A stretch of 47,670 nucleotides of DNA from a virus (lineage: Duplodnaviria > Caudoviricetes). Below are positions 36,586 through 44,808 of this stretch, one piece after another (the stretch's first letter is position 1; each line of letters begins with the position of its first letter). The notes beneath the pieces were generated by a model. That model worked only from the letters and a program-made list of their open reading frames with translations, ran no database searches and had not been told where the DNA came from. Made by a program: the position numbers and the translations under genes. The stretch covers positions 1-47,670 of IMG/VR virus record IMGVR_UViG_3300011403_000017; one strand, 5' to 3'.

Positions 36586-36892
36586 CCGCTCCCCCTCCCC
36601 GCTCCCCCTCCCGACACGCGAGCTGGCCTCCCCTGTGCGCTCCCTGTGCATAACTCGACCGTCCACGCGATACGCGTGCTACACGTCCTGTGCGCTCGTC
36701 CTGTGCAGGTAAGACCCTATGAGAGTTCGCTGGCGCGGCCCACGCGTGTCCTGTGCGCCCACACGCATAATAGGGGAGAGAGACAGTAGGAGAGACAGTG
36801 AGAGTCTCCCACCCCCAATCATGAGCCCCCACCACTCAACCTCCCAAATCCTTATCCCTTTTTCTTATGTTTTTTTTATTTTTTTTTTTTTT
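36586..36892. repeat. Repeat-rich non-coding block, candidate replication origin
   Basis: Tandem ccgctccccctccc; five CCTGTGC copies (36632, 36643, 36687, 36700, 36750); gagagacagt twice; long T-tract at ~36860-36892. Confidence 0.55.
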
Positions 36893-36930
36893 ACACATAG
36901 GAAAAATGCATAATGCGGCGGCACGGGGTC

Positions 36931-36959
36931 TTGACACGGGACGCGGACTGTGGTAGACT
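36931..36959 (+). promoter_or_regulatory. Sigma70-type early promoter
   Basis: TTGACA-17 nt-TAGACT with extended -10 TG. Confidence 0.75.
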
Positions 36960-37034
36960 CCCTCTGTCTCTACCACGTTCTCTCTCCCCCCGTCTGACGG
37001 CATCGAGACTGCCCCTTATACACAAGGAGTATAC

Positions 37035-37484
37035 ATGGCAAGAAAGACAGGAAGTGTCAATCACATTCACCAGTATTTCAAACGCGATGACGGCTTATGG
37101 GCGTGCTCAGGTCTGGACGGATGCACGCACTACATGCCACGTAACATGAGTCCAGCTCCGGTCGGTCTGTATTCTAAATGTTGGGGAGGTTGCAATAAGG
37201 CATTTCAGCTCACGCCATACGCGATGCAGAAAGATAAACCTATGTGTGACGACTGTCAGGAGGCACTGGACAGATTCATCGAATTTAATGAGATGAATGA
37301 GAAAAAGGCTCCAAAGCTTACAGGACTCGCGGCCTTCGGAGCACGCAATTACGCACCTCCAGAACCTCCCTCGAAAACGATGGCTGACATTGAAGAGGAC
37401 CAAATCGAAGTATACGAGCCGGACGAGCTGCAGCACTCTATCAGCTGTGATTCAAACTTTGGAGGAGAATGCTCATGCAAATGA
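37035..37484 (+). CDS. Cys/His-rich Zn-binding hypothetical protein
   Basis: SD aaggag; HIH..C..CTH..CWGGC..CDDC. Confidence 0.75.
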   Translation: MARKTGSVNHIHQYFKRDDGLWACSGLDGCTHYMPRNMSPAPVGLYSKCWGGCNKAFQLTPYAMQKDKPMCDDCQEALDRFIEFNEMNEKKAPKLTGLAAFGARNYAPPEPPSKTMADIEEDQIEVYEPDELQHSISCDSNFGGECSCK

Positions 37485-37714
37485 AGAGTGAACTCAAAAG
37501 TCAAATTATTCTAGAATTTCTTGCAAATCATAGAGTGACTAGGACAAAATTACTGAAAAGACTCTGGTCACGCTATAAAAACGCTAAAGAACTTGATGAT
37601 GTATTGAAACAATTTGAAGATGCAGGCATCATCACGTTTGTGCATTCACTGAATCTCTACGTGATGCCCAAATCACAACGTGACGAATATATAAAGTTCC
37701 GTAAAAACACATAA
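37469..37714 (+). CDS. Stand-alone paralog of the C-terminal winged-helix-like domain of the 2685-3962 protein
   Basis: VTRTKLLKRLWSRYKNAKELDDVL..F..AG.I..YVMP aligns with ISRTRLLKRMWAHYKEAGELDEIM..F..AG.I..FVMP. Confidence 0.8.
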   Translation: MLMQMKSELKSQIILEFLANHRVTRTKLLKRLWSRYKNAKELDDVLKQFEDAGIITFVHSLNLYVMPKSQRDEYIKFRKNT

Positions 37715-37910
37715 TCCGCCGCTCCCGTCTGTTCCGTTTCGAGACACCCCTACAGGTTGGGGTCTGGAGGTCGTTCCGGGCCTTCGGACCCCAACATCTT
37801 GGGGTTGACAGCCTCCCCCCGGTCGGGCGACAATGGGGCTGGACACGACCGGCCCGGCTTATACGTAATCCCTACGCATAATCCCGGCCCTCTCCGAGAG
37901 GACGTGAAAC

Positions 37911-38024
37911 GTGAAAATCGCCCGGCCAGACGCACTCCAACACTTCAAAGACAATCACCCACACTGCGAGCTATCAGACACGGTGGCACTGGAGAACATC
38001 TGCGCCGTGGATGGCCTGCGATGA
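37911..38024 (+). CDS. Tiny hypothetical protein (37 aa)
   Basis: SD gagagga, GTG start, ATGA overlap with the next ORF. Confidence 0.45.
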   Translation: MKIARPDALQHFKDNHPHCELSDTVALENICAVDGLR

Positions 38025-38221
38025 CGCATACCCGTCAGATGGCGGACAGCAAAGGCGACTTCGGCGGGTGGAAGCCCGACGCGGTGCCGTGTCCGAAATG
38101 CGGCGGACACGTCGAGGCGCGGCTGTGGGAGTCGAGCGACGGGGCGTACGAAGACTGGCAATTCCGCTGCGTCGAGTCGGAGTGTCGGCATACGTGGTGG
38201 GTGGACGGAATTGACTCATGA
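38021..38221 (+). CDS. Zinc-ribbon protein (66 aa)
   Basis: CPKCGG..WESSDGAYEDWQFRC..CRHTW; GC-rich. Confidence 0.65.
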   Translation: MTHTRQMADSKGDFGGWKPDAVPCPKCGGHVEARLWESSDGAYEDWQFRCVESECRHTWWVDGIDS

Positions 38222-38543
38222 TGTTTCCTGTGTATCAGGCACGCATAATTCCGGCCCTGCGTTGGTGAACGGGACGACGACTAGACGCGCGTGGTAGGCA
38301 CATCTTACGACCACGGCTCCGCCATCCATCATTTTGCAGAATTTCGCATTGTCCCAAAGGGTGACAAGTAATGAAAAGATTCTTTTGCACCGTCTGTCAG
38401 AAGATTAAGCACGTAAGAGTCATGCCTGCCTCAGTAGACACGCCCAACGCTCCCAATCCTTATAAGCGTGTAGGCGAATGCAGGCGTCACTCCAGTCAGT
38501 CAGTCTATCCCGTCCGTCAGTCTATCCGAAAGGTAAGCGCATA

Positions 38544-39227
38544 ATGTTCCAAAACTCTCTCAAAACTAAGCGTGGGGAATGTGATTGTTGCGGTAAAGTG
38601 GATATCGACATTTACCCCACGCACCACAATATGTCGATGTGCGCGGTCTGTCGGGACGCAGAGATGGCGGCTATTGACGCGGCGTCAAAAGTAAAGGCTC
38701 TCGCCAACGTGTCAGTCGTAGAGGCTAGTCGTAAGATTGACACGCTGGTAGAACTAAAGGCAGACATCTACAACGCAGAGACAGTCCCCTTTATCGCACT
38801 TCAGGCGTCTATTGAGTCAGACGAGTCTATCCCCTCGGCACGTAAGAGACTCGCCCTAGCAGACGAAGTAAAGGCACGGCTCGACGCGTTCAATAAGGCG
38901 ATATTTGACGATGAAGCGGCCCTCATGGTCAAGCGTAATCAGCGTCAGGCATGGCTTGTCCACATGCAGAACGTGGCCGCTGGACTACACGAGTCAGAGC
39001 GTGCCAAGTATAAGCAGCACGACGTTAATTACAAGCCCACAGTCGTCAAGTCAGTCAAGCCAAAGGTCGTAAAGCCTTCTCCCAAGAAGTTCTCCAAGGC
39101 CGAGCTATACGCGGCGGCGACGAAGTATGGCGTCCCGGCACCCGCGGTCCAAGCGTGGGTCACAGCGCGTGGCATCTCCTGCGAGGACGCGGCCCGGACG
39201 TTGGCCGAACAGATGGGCCTGATTTAG
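38544..39227 (+). CDS. Zn-finger/coiled-coil hypothetical protein
   Basis: CDCC..CAVC N-terminus, long helices, possible C-terminal HTH; SD aaggt. Confidence 0.75.
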   Translation: MFQNSLKTKRGECDCCGKVDIDIYPTHHNMSMCAVCRDAEMAAIDAASKVKALANVSVVEASRKIDTLVELKADIYNAETVPFIALQASIESDESIPSARKRLALADEVKARLDAFNKAIFDDEAALMVKRNQRQAWLVHMQNVAAGLHESERAKYKQHDVNYKPTVVKSVKPKVVKPSPKKFSKAELYAAATKYGVPAPAVQAWVTARGISCEDAARTLAEQMGLI

Positions 39228-39254
39228 TTTATCCGTTTCCGAAAGGACGGAACT

Positions 39255-41378
39255 ATGGACAGAAAAACTGCATCAGAACTACTTCATCAAGAGATGAAGA
39301 AAAACGGCCTCACAGGATGGACTGTCAGACTCAATCAGAACGCGGACTCACACTTTCTCGGACTCTGCTCATACAAGGACAAGTGCATCATCTTGTCCGC
39401 TCACCATATCGACATTCACCCTGACCCGGACGTAATCAACACGATTCGTCACGAGATAGCCCACGCGCTCTGCCCCGGCCACGGGCACGACGACGTATGG
39501 GCTGCCAAGGCCAAAGAAATTGGCTGTGACAACACTCTCCCGTGCTCCAATCTCAGTCTCTCACCTCATGTCATAGACGCTATCCGTAGCGGCGCGACGG
39601 TCGAGGTGACATTTGACGAGCACGTAATCCGCACCCCTAAATACACGATTACCCGTCTACAGGACAAGTGCGAAGTCTGCGGTAAAGTCGCAAAGGAACA
39701 GTCCTCCAAGACAATCGTCACGCCGGGTGACACGACTCCAGATATGAAATACACAATTCTGGAGTGTGGTCACGTCGTCTTCAAGAAGATACCCAAAGGG
39801 ACGCCTTTCCACACGTTCCAAGCGTTCGGTGACCCCTCCTGCAAGCATGAATGGGACAAGAATAATTGTCTACTCTGCGGACGTAAGCGCCTCTACAAGT
39901 ATCAGGTCGAGGGAGCCGCCTTTTTAGAAGCGGGCTTGTCCGTAAACATGGGCGCGGCCTGCTTTGATGAAATGGGTTTGGGCAAGACGCAACAGGCAAT
40001 GGCCGTCCTGTATTTCCACGCCGAGTGGAGTCCTACCCTATGGATTGTCAAGTCTGCCCTGAAGTATCAGACAGCCTCGGCCATCATGAATTGGATGGAC
40101 CAGAACGGTAAGTCTGAACACATTCCACAGATTGTCCTTACGTCTAAGGACTACCTGCTCCCTGGCCTGAAGCATTACATCGTGGGTTACGACATGCTCG
40201 TGCCTAAGTCACGCACGTTGAAGAACGGGACTATCGTCAACAGCGGATTCAACATCGAGCAGTTCAATCGTGTGGGCATTAAGTCAGTCGTGCTGGACGA
40301 ATGTCAGCAGATTAAGAACGTGGATTCGAGCCGCACTCAGATGGTCCGTCGAGTCGTCAAGGGCCGTAAAGTAATTCCCCTCTCAGGCACGCCATGGAAC
40401 AACAGGGGGAGCGAGTTATTCCCCGTGTTCAACATGATGGACCCCATGAAATTCCATTCGGAGGAGGGGTTCAAGAACCGTTGGGTAGACTTCGTATGGC
40501 AGGGTAGATTCCGTAAGGAAGCTGGTATCCGTAACATCGTGGCGTTCAAGGAATACACAAAAGACTTGTATATCCGCAGAGAACGCGCAGAGGTGATGCC
40601 AGAACTACCCACGACCAACAGGACGAAGCTGAACGTCGTAATGACCCCTCAAGAGGAGGAGAATTACGACATTGCAGTAGACGAATTCGTTAAGTGGTAT
40701 GAAGAACAGATAGACCACCTGGACGGCGCGTCAATCATCGCGGCAATGTCCAAGATGCGTCACCTCGTGGCCGTCGCAAAGATTCCTGCTACGCTCGAAT
40801 ACGTAGACGAGTTCATCGAGGACACGGACAGGAAAATCTGCGTATTCGCGCACCACAAGGACGTGCAAGAGATTCTCTACGAGGAACTCAAGCAGAAATA
40901 CGACAGTGAAAAGAGCGAGCCACGTATTCCGGTCTTTCAATTCAAGGCTGGTGGGGACGTAAACGAAACGCAGTCCAAGTTCAATCAGGCCAAGCGTTGT
41001 ATCTTGGTCGCCTCACAATTGGCCGCAGGTGAGGGACTGAACCTCCAGACATGCTGCGATTGTGTAATGCACGAGCGTCAGTGGAACCCAGGTAAAGAGG
41101 AACAGTGTGAGGGACGTTTCGTGCGTATAGGCTCAGTCGTTGCCGCAACGAAGGATGCGCCCGCAGGATTCGTGTCAGCCGTATACACGCACCTCGAAGG
41201 GCTGACGACTACGGACCCGAAATTGGACGCAATCGTCGAGCGTAAGCGTCGGCAGTTCCACGCGGTCCACAACAAGGGTGAAGCCGTTAAGTGGAGTGAG
41301 GACAGCATTATGAAGGAACTGGCCGAGTCCATCGTAAACGCCCACAAGCGTAAGAAGACACAGCAGAAGGCGTCGTAA
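39255..41378 (+). CDS. SprT-like metalloprotease-Zn-ribbon-SNF2 family helicase/translocase fusion
   Basis: LGLCSY..IILS..NTIRHEIAH..GHDDVW; CxxC motifs; SNF2 YQVEG, DEMGLGKT, LDECQ, LSGTP, GEGLNLQ and WNPGKEEQCEGRFVRIG. Confidence 0.9.
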   Translation: MDRKTASELLHQEMKKNGLTGWTVRLNQNADSHFLGLCSYKDKCIILSAHHIDIHPDPDVINTIRHEIAHALCPGHGHDDVWAAKAKEIGCDNTLPCSNLSLSPHVIDAIRSGATVEVTFDEHVIRTPKYTITRLQDKCEVCGKVAKEQSSKTIVTPGDTTPDMKYTILECGHVVFKKIPKGTPFHTFQAFGDPSCKHEWDKNNCLLCGRKRLYKYQVEGAAFLEAGLSVNMGAACFDEMGLGKTQQAMAVLYFHAEWSPTLWIVKSALKYQTASAIMNWMDQNGKSEHIPQIVLTSKDYLLPGLKHYIVGYDMLVPKSRTLKNGTIVNSGFNIEQFNRVGIKSVVLDECQQIKNVDSSRTQMVRRVVKGRKVIPLSGTPWNNRGSELFPVFNMMDPMKFHSEEGFKNRWVDFVWQGRFRKEAGIRNIVAFKEYTKDLYIRRERAEVMPELPTTNRTKLNVVMTPQEEENYDIAVDEFVKWYEEQIDHLDGASIIAAMSKMRHLVAVAKIPATLEYVDEFIEDTDRKICVFAHHKDVQEILYEELKQKYDSEKSEPRIPVFQFKAGGDVNETQSKFNQAKRCILVASQLAAGEGLNLQTCCDCVMHERQWNPGKEEQCEGRFVRIGSVVAATKDAPAGFVSAVYTHLEGLTTTDPKLDAIVERKRRQFHAVHNKGEAVKWSEDSIMKELAESIVNAHKRKKTQQKAS

Positions 41379-41390
41379 AACACGTAAGGG

Positions 41391-41420
41391 GAGAGGCTGC
41401 ACACAAACGTGTGGCCTCTC
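41391..41420 (+). terminator. Hairpin after the SNF2 gene
   Basis: gagaggc..gcctctc stem; weak U-tract. Confidence 0.4.
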
Positions 41421-41474
41421 ACAATTCTTATATGTTCCGACCTCCATCAGTTCTGTGCGTCTAAAGGGAGACTA

Positions 41475-41585
41475 ATGCAAGCCACATGCGCCGAAATAGC
41501 CTGTCACAGCGGAGGAACGGTCATTGGATTTATCCTCCTTGTTCTACTATTCGTTCTGATACTGAATTCAAAGGAGACTGAATAA
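41475..41585 (+). CDS. Tiny single-TM membrane protein (36 aa)
   Basis: SD gggag; VIGFILLVLLFVLIL; TAATG overlap with the next gene. Confidence 0.55.
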   Translation: MQATCAEIACHSGGTVIGFILLVLLFVLILNSKETE

Positions 41586-41845
41586 TGGAAATCGATATCA
41601 GCAAGTTCAAGGAAGAACTGAAGAAGCAGAGTCCTCAGACATACGCCAAGCTCTATCCTGAGTCTGTAGAGGCCGAGGCAGAGAAAATCGTAGACCCCAT
41701 CATTCAAGCCTTTGAAGCTCTAGCCAAAGGCACCGTCGAGAATGACAGAGTTCTCTTGGAACTGATTCAAACGGTTATGAATCGTCTAATCCAACTGGAA
41801 GACAAGGTAGACCTCCTACTGATGAAAACTCACGGAGAGAACTAA
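41585..41845 (+). CDS. Hypothetical coiled-coil protein
   Basis: SD aaggag; operon packing. Confidence 0.7.
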   Translation: MEIDISKFKEELKKQSPQTYAKLYPESVEAEAEKIVDPIIQAFEALAKGTVENDRVLLELIQTVMNRLIQLEDKVDLLLMKTHGEN

Positions 41846-42075
41846 TGGAGAATGAATTCTCAGTATGTCAGTTCTTTGAGGACGGGACATACGAATACGT
41901 CCGTCGCATGGTGTCGGCGGAAGATGCAATGACTGCCGTCAAGCACTACACGAACAACGTCGCCACACGTATGGGTCTAGTAACACGCGTCATCATTACG
42001 GACGGCGGTGACTCCACATGCTTCGAGTGGGTCAACGGACAGGGCGTCGTCTATCCTCCAAAGGAGTCTAACTAA
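41845..42075 (+). CDS. Hypothetical protein (76 aa)
   Basis: SD ggag; RVIITDGGDSTCFEW. Confidence 0.75.
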   Translation: MENEFSVCQFFEDGTYEYVRRMVSAEDAMTAVKHYTNNVATRMGLVTRVIITDGGDSTCFEWVNGQGVVYPPKESN

Positions 42076-42239
42076 TGACCCCAACGTATCACATCGAATC
42101 CACGGGGCCAAAGGACAAATGTTATGAGTGTGGAGAAGAAGCTACCATCATGCTGGTGGCCGACGTGTCAGAACGTGGGACAGGTTATGTGGACGAAGTT
42201 CCACTGTGTGAACTGTGTGCCCAGAAACGGTCAGTTTGA
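42075..42239 (+). CDS. Small Zn-finger protein (54 aa)
   Basis: Read by hand: SD aaggag; CYECG..LCELC. Confidence 0.6.
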   Translation: MTPTYHIESTGPKDKCYECGEEATIMLVADVSERGTGYVDEVPLCELCAQKRSV

Positions 42240-42345
42240 CGCGGACGGCAAGTCACTAACACGCGCTAAGTTAGACGTAGGTCTAATGAGGCGCATACTA
42301 CACGGAGAAGGCATTACTTACTCTGGACTAGGAGATGGAGTCACT

Positions 42346-43089
42346 ATGACAACTGACAAACCTCTAACACCGCTCACACATGGCAATATCCTTATCGTTG
42401 GAGCTAAGGCGAGTAACTTCGACGAGGAACTACGGACGCATCCACGCATCATAATGTGGGACAGTCAGAACGAGAATTGGACAGACAAGGACTTGCCCCA
42501 CAACACGCAAGCGATATTCTTTACGCGTTTCATTGGTCACTCTGCATTCTCCAAGATAGTTTCAGAAGCCCGGAAGCGTAAGCTGACGGTGTTCAATCCC
42601 GAAGGGACTGGACAGATTATTCGTCAAGTCAAGGAGCTGTTGAATATGCCCAAGCCTGTCTCTTTCGTGCCTGCTTCTCCACCTGTATTCGTAGAGAAAC
42701 CTGTAATCAAACGTGGTGGACCCACAGTCAAGGGACATAGCAAGCTGAATCCCTTGATGCAGTTTGTAGACCCGAGTAAAACTGTCATCGCCAACGCGCA
42801 CGTCTTGTTCGAGAAAGCAAAGGAAATGGGCATCGAGACTACGGTCCTGTCCATCGCTAACAAGGTGAGCGCAGCCAATCGTAAGCGCGCATACATGAAG
42901 CGTCCGGGGAACATCGTCAAGCCCTCAGAGACTCCCCAGAGACTACACAAGCACGTAGACGTAGTAGTCGAGATTCTCGACAACATGGTGAAAGAGCTTC
43001 AGGACATGAGGGATTTCCTCGTGGCGACTACGGAAGAAAACAGAGAGCTGAAGGCGCGTTTCGAGATGTTCAAGAAAGCGTTGGGCTAG
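42346..43089 (+). CDS. DUF2325-like N-terminal domain plus C-terminal coiled coil
   Basis: SD ggag; ILIVGAK..IFFTRFIGHS..ARKRKLTV. Confidence 0.6.
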   Translation: MTTDKPLTPLTHGNILIVGAKASNFDEELRTHPRIIMWDSQNENWTDKDLPHNTQAIFFTRFIGHSAFSKIVSEARKRKLTVFNPEGTGQIIRQVKELLNMPKPVSFVPASPPVFVEKPVIKRGGPTVKGHSKLNPLMQFVDPSKTVIANAHVLFEKAKEMGIETTVLSIANKVSAANRKRAYMKRPGNIVKPSETPQRLHKHVDVVVEILDNMVKELQDMRDFLVATTEENRELKARFEMFKKALG

Positions 43090-43524
43090 ATGAATAGAAA
43101 TTATTCACCCTTTCAAGTAATAATTTCTTTACCTGAGGGGGACCATAAAATCTGTTCGATATGTAATGAAATGAAACCTCTAGAAGAATTCTCACCAGAG
43201 AAAAGAAGAACAACAGGAAGACAAGCTCAGTGTAAAATCTGTATTCAACGTCTAAGACTTGAAACACGAACTCCTGAAATTACACGTCGCAATAACTTGA
43301 AATGGAATTACAATATTTCACCAGAAGATTATCAGAAGATGTATAAGAGTCAGGAAGGTAAATGTGCAATTTGTAAAAAACCATTTGAACTCTTGCATAT
43401 TGACCATTGCCATAATTCAAACAGAATACGAGGATTACTTTGTACCAATTGCAATTTGGGAATAGGAAATATGCAAGATGATATCCAAATTCTGCAAAAT
43501 GCAATTGATTACTTAAAGAGGTAA
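43090..43524 (+). CDS. Endonuclease VII-family endonuclease
   Basis: CSIC..CKIC; QEGKCAICK..LHIDHCH..IRGLLCTNCNLGIG; AT-rich. Confidence 0.88.
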   Translation: MNRNYSPFQVIISLPEGDHKICSICNEMKPLEEFSPEKRRTTGRQAQCKICIQRLRLETRTPEITRRNNLKWNYNISPEDYQKMYKSQEGKCAICKKPFELLHIDHCHNSNRIRGLLCTNCNLGIGNMQDDIQILQNAIDYLKR

Positions 43525-43529
43525 AAAGA

Positions 43530-44483
43530 GTGGATATTATACAAGCTCCGAAAAAGAATGTTATATTCGATGCTACGATTTTATCATCATTGATGGGATG
43601 TGCGCGCTTCACTGATATACGTTTCAATCATCGTCTAGTCGCTCTAAAGGGAAAGTCAAACTCCCTTGAGGTAGGCAGTCTCATTCACAAGGTGTTTGAG
43701 GTCTTCTACAAGCACAGGATAGATGGATTTCCTGCTTCTGTATGCATAGGGAACGCGCTGACTGCGGGGCAATTGTTCGTCATGGGTTGTCCTACGTGCT
43801 CGAATCATGTCGCAGATACTCCCCCCTCCTGCGGGCACGACGCAGAAGAATATCCGGGTATGCAGAATACGCCCGAGCATTCCCAAGGATTTACGGTGGG
43901 ATGGCGCTTTGCGTTGGAAACATGTGAGGCATACTTCGCGCACTACAAGAACGACTCTTGGATTCCCCTCGCTGCGGAATGGGTCAAGGGTGACGTAATC
44001 TACCAGGACGATGAAATACGCGTCATGTGGAAGGCGAAGTTCGACTTGACCATAGACCATGAACAGCTAGGCATTATGTCTATGGACCACAAGACGTTCA
44101 AGCAGAATCGTGACAAAACGACTCTCAGTAATCAATTCTCTGGTCACTGCGTCTTGTTGAAGGCTCGTCAGGTCATGGTCAACAAGATTGGCTTGCAGAC
44201 TACCAAGAAGATTCCTGAGCGTCTGACACGCGAACTCGTCCACTTCTCGGCGGCGCGTATACACGAGTGGCAGTCAGAGATTGTCCCTTACTACGCATAC
44301 AAGTATATCCAGTTCAAGGAGTCGGGCTATTGGCCTCCCAACTACACGCATTGTGACAACGTGTTCGGTGCGTGTCCATACAAGCAGGTATGCGAGGGCG
44401 ACCCTGACATGAGAGAAGAAATTCTCCGTAACAACTATCAACTGGCTCCTGTATGGGATCCCCGTAATAAGGAGGTTGAATGA
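43530..44483 (+). CDS. PD-(D/E)XK (Cas4/RecB-like) exonuclease
   Basis: GSLIHKVFE, AKFDL..MDHKT, C-terminal C..CPYKQVC. Confidence 0.8.
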   Translation: MDIIQAPKKNVIFDATILSSLMGCARFTDIRFNHRLVALKGKSNSLEVGSLIHKVFEVFYKHRIDGFPASVCIGNALTAGQLFVMGCPTCSNHVADTPPSCGHDAEEYPGMQNTPEHSQGFTVGWRFALETCEAYFAHYKNDSWIPLAAEWVKGDVIYQDDEIRVMWKAKFDLTIDHEQLGIMSMDHKTFKQNRDKTTLSNQFSGHCVLLKARQVMVNKIGLQTTKKIPERLTRELVHFSAARIHEWQSEIVPYYAYKYIQFKESGYWPPNYTHCDNVFGACPYKQVCEGDPDMREEILRNNYQLAPVWDPRNKEVE

Positions 44484-44689
44484 TTCGTGAAATAGAACTG
44501 GTAATTGCATTAAAGCAAACAGTCAATGAAATTGAACAAGTAGCAAGGGAAATATATTATGCTTTATCCTTTCTTGAAGAAACACATCCATCAAGAGCTA
44601 ATCTCGTTGCAGCATTAAGAATCATCGGTGTAAATAAACCTGCTGACGTGGGATTAAGTAATTCAGTTCTCTACAGGAACGTAAAATGA
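44480..44689 (+). CDS. Hypothetical protein (69 aa, AT-rich)
   Basis: SD aaggagg; ATGA overlap. Confidence 0.65.
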   Translation: MIREIELVIALKQTVNEIEQVAREIYYALSFLEETHPSRANLVAALRIIGVNKPADVGLSNSVLYRNVK

Positions 44690-44808
44690 AAAAGTGTCAG
44701 GTCTGTATGGACGGACATGGCAAGCACGTAATCGAGGAAACAAACGTCTGTGACTTCTGTCGTGCAATCATTCTGAAGTTCCTGAAACTCATTAGGAGTT
44801 CTAAGTAA
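44686..44808 (+). CDS. Tiny Zn-finger protein (40 aa)
   Basis: Read by hand: MKKCQVC..VCDFC; fills the gap exactly. Confidence 0.55.
   Translation: MKKCQVCMDGHGKHVIEETNVCDFCRAIILKFLKLIRSSK

Larger units (their letters stand above)
37874..38258 (+). repeat. 18-bp direct repeats (acgcataatYccggccct at 37874 and 38241) flanking two small genes
   Basis: 17/18 identical. Confidence 0.75.

Noticed and set aside
35340-38540. Lysogeny module or tRNA genes in the non-coding-rich region
   Set aside because: No integrase, CI-like repressor or parAB was recognised, and no cloverleaf with a T-loop consensus was seen.
42124-42345. N-terminal extensions given by the ORF track (also 22549-23181, 37757, 38478, 45518, 46600, 4102)
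   Set aside because: Downstream starts have better SD sequences and avoid long overlaps with other plausible small genes or RNA structures.
43530-44483. CRISPR-Cas association of the Cas4-like nuclease
   Set aside because: No repeat-spacer array or other cas gene was seen; the context is a Sak4/SSB recombination module.
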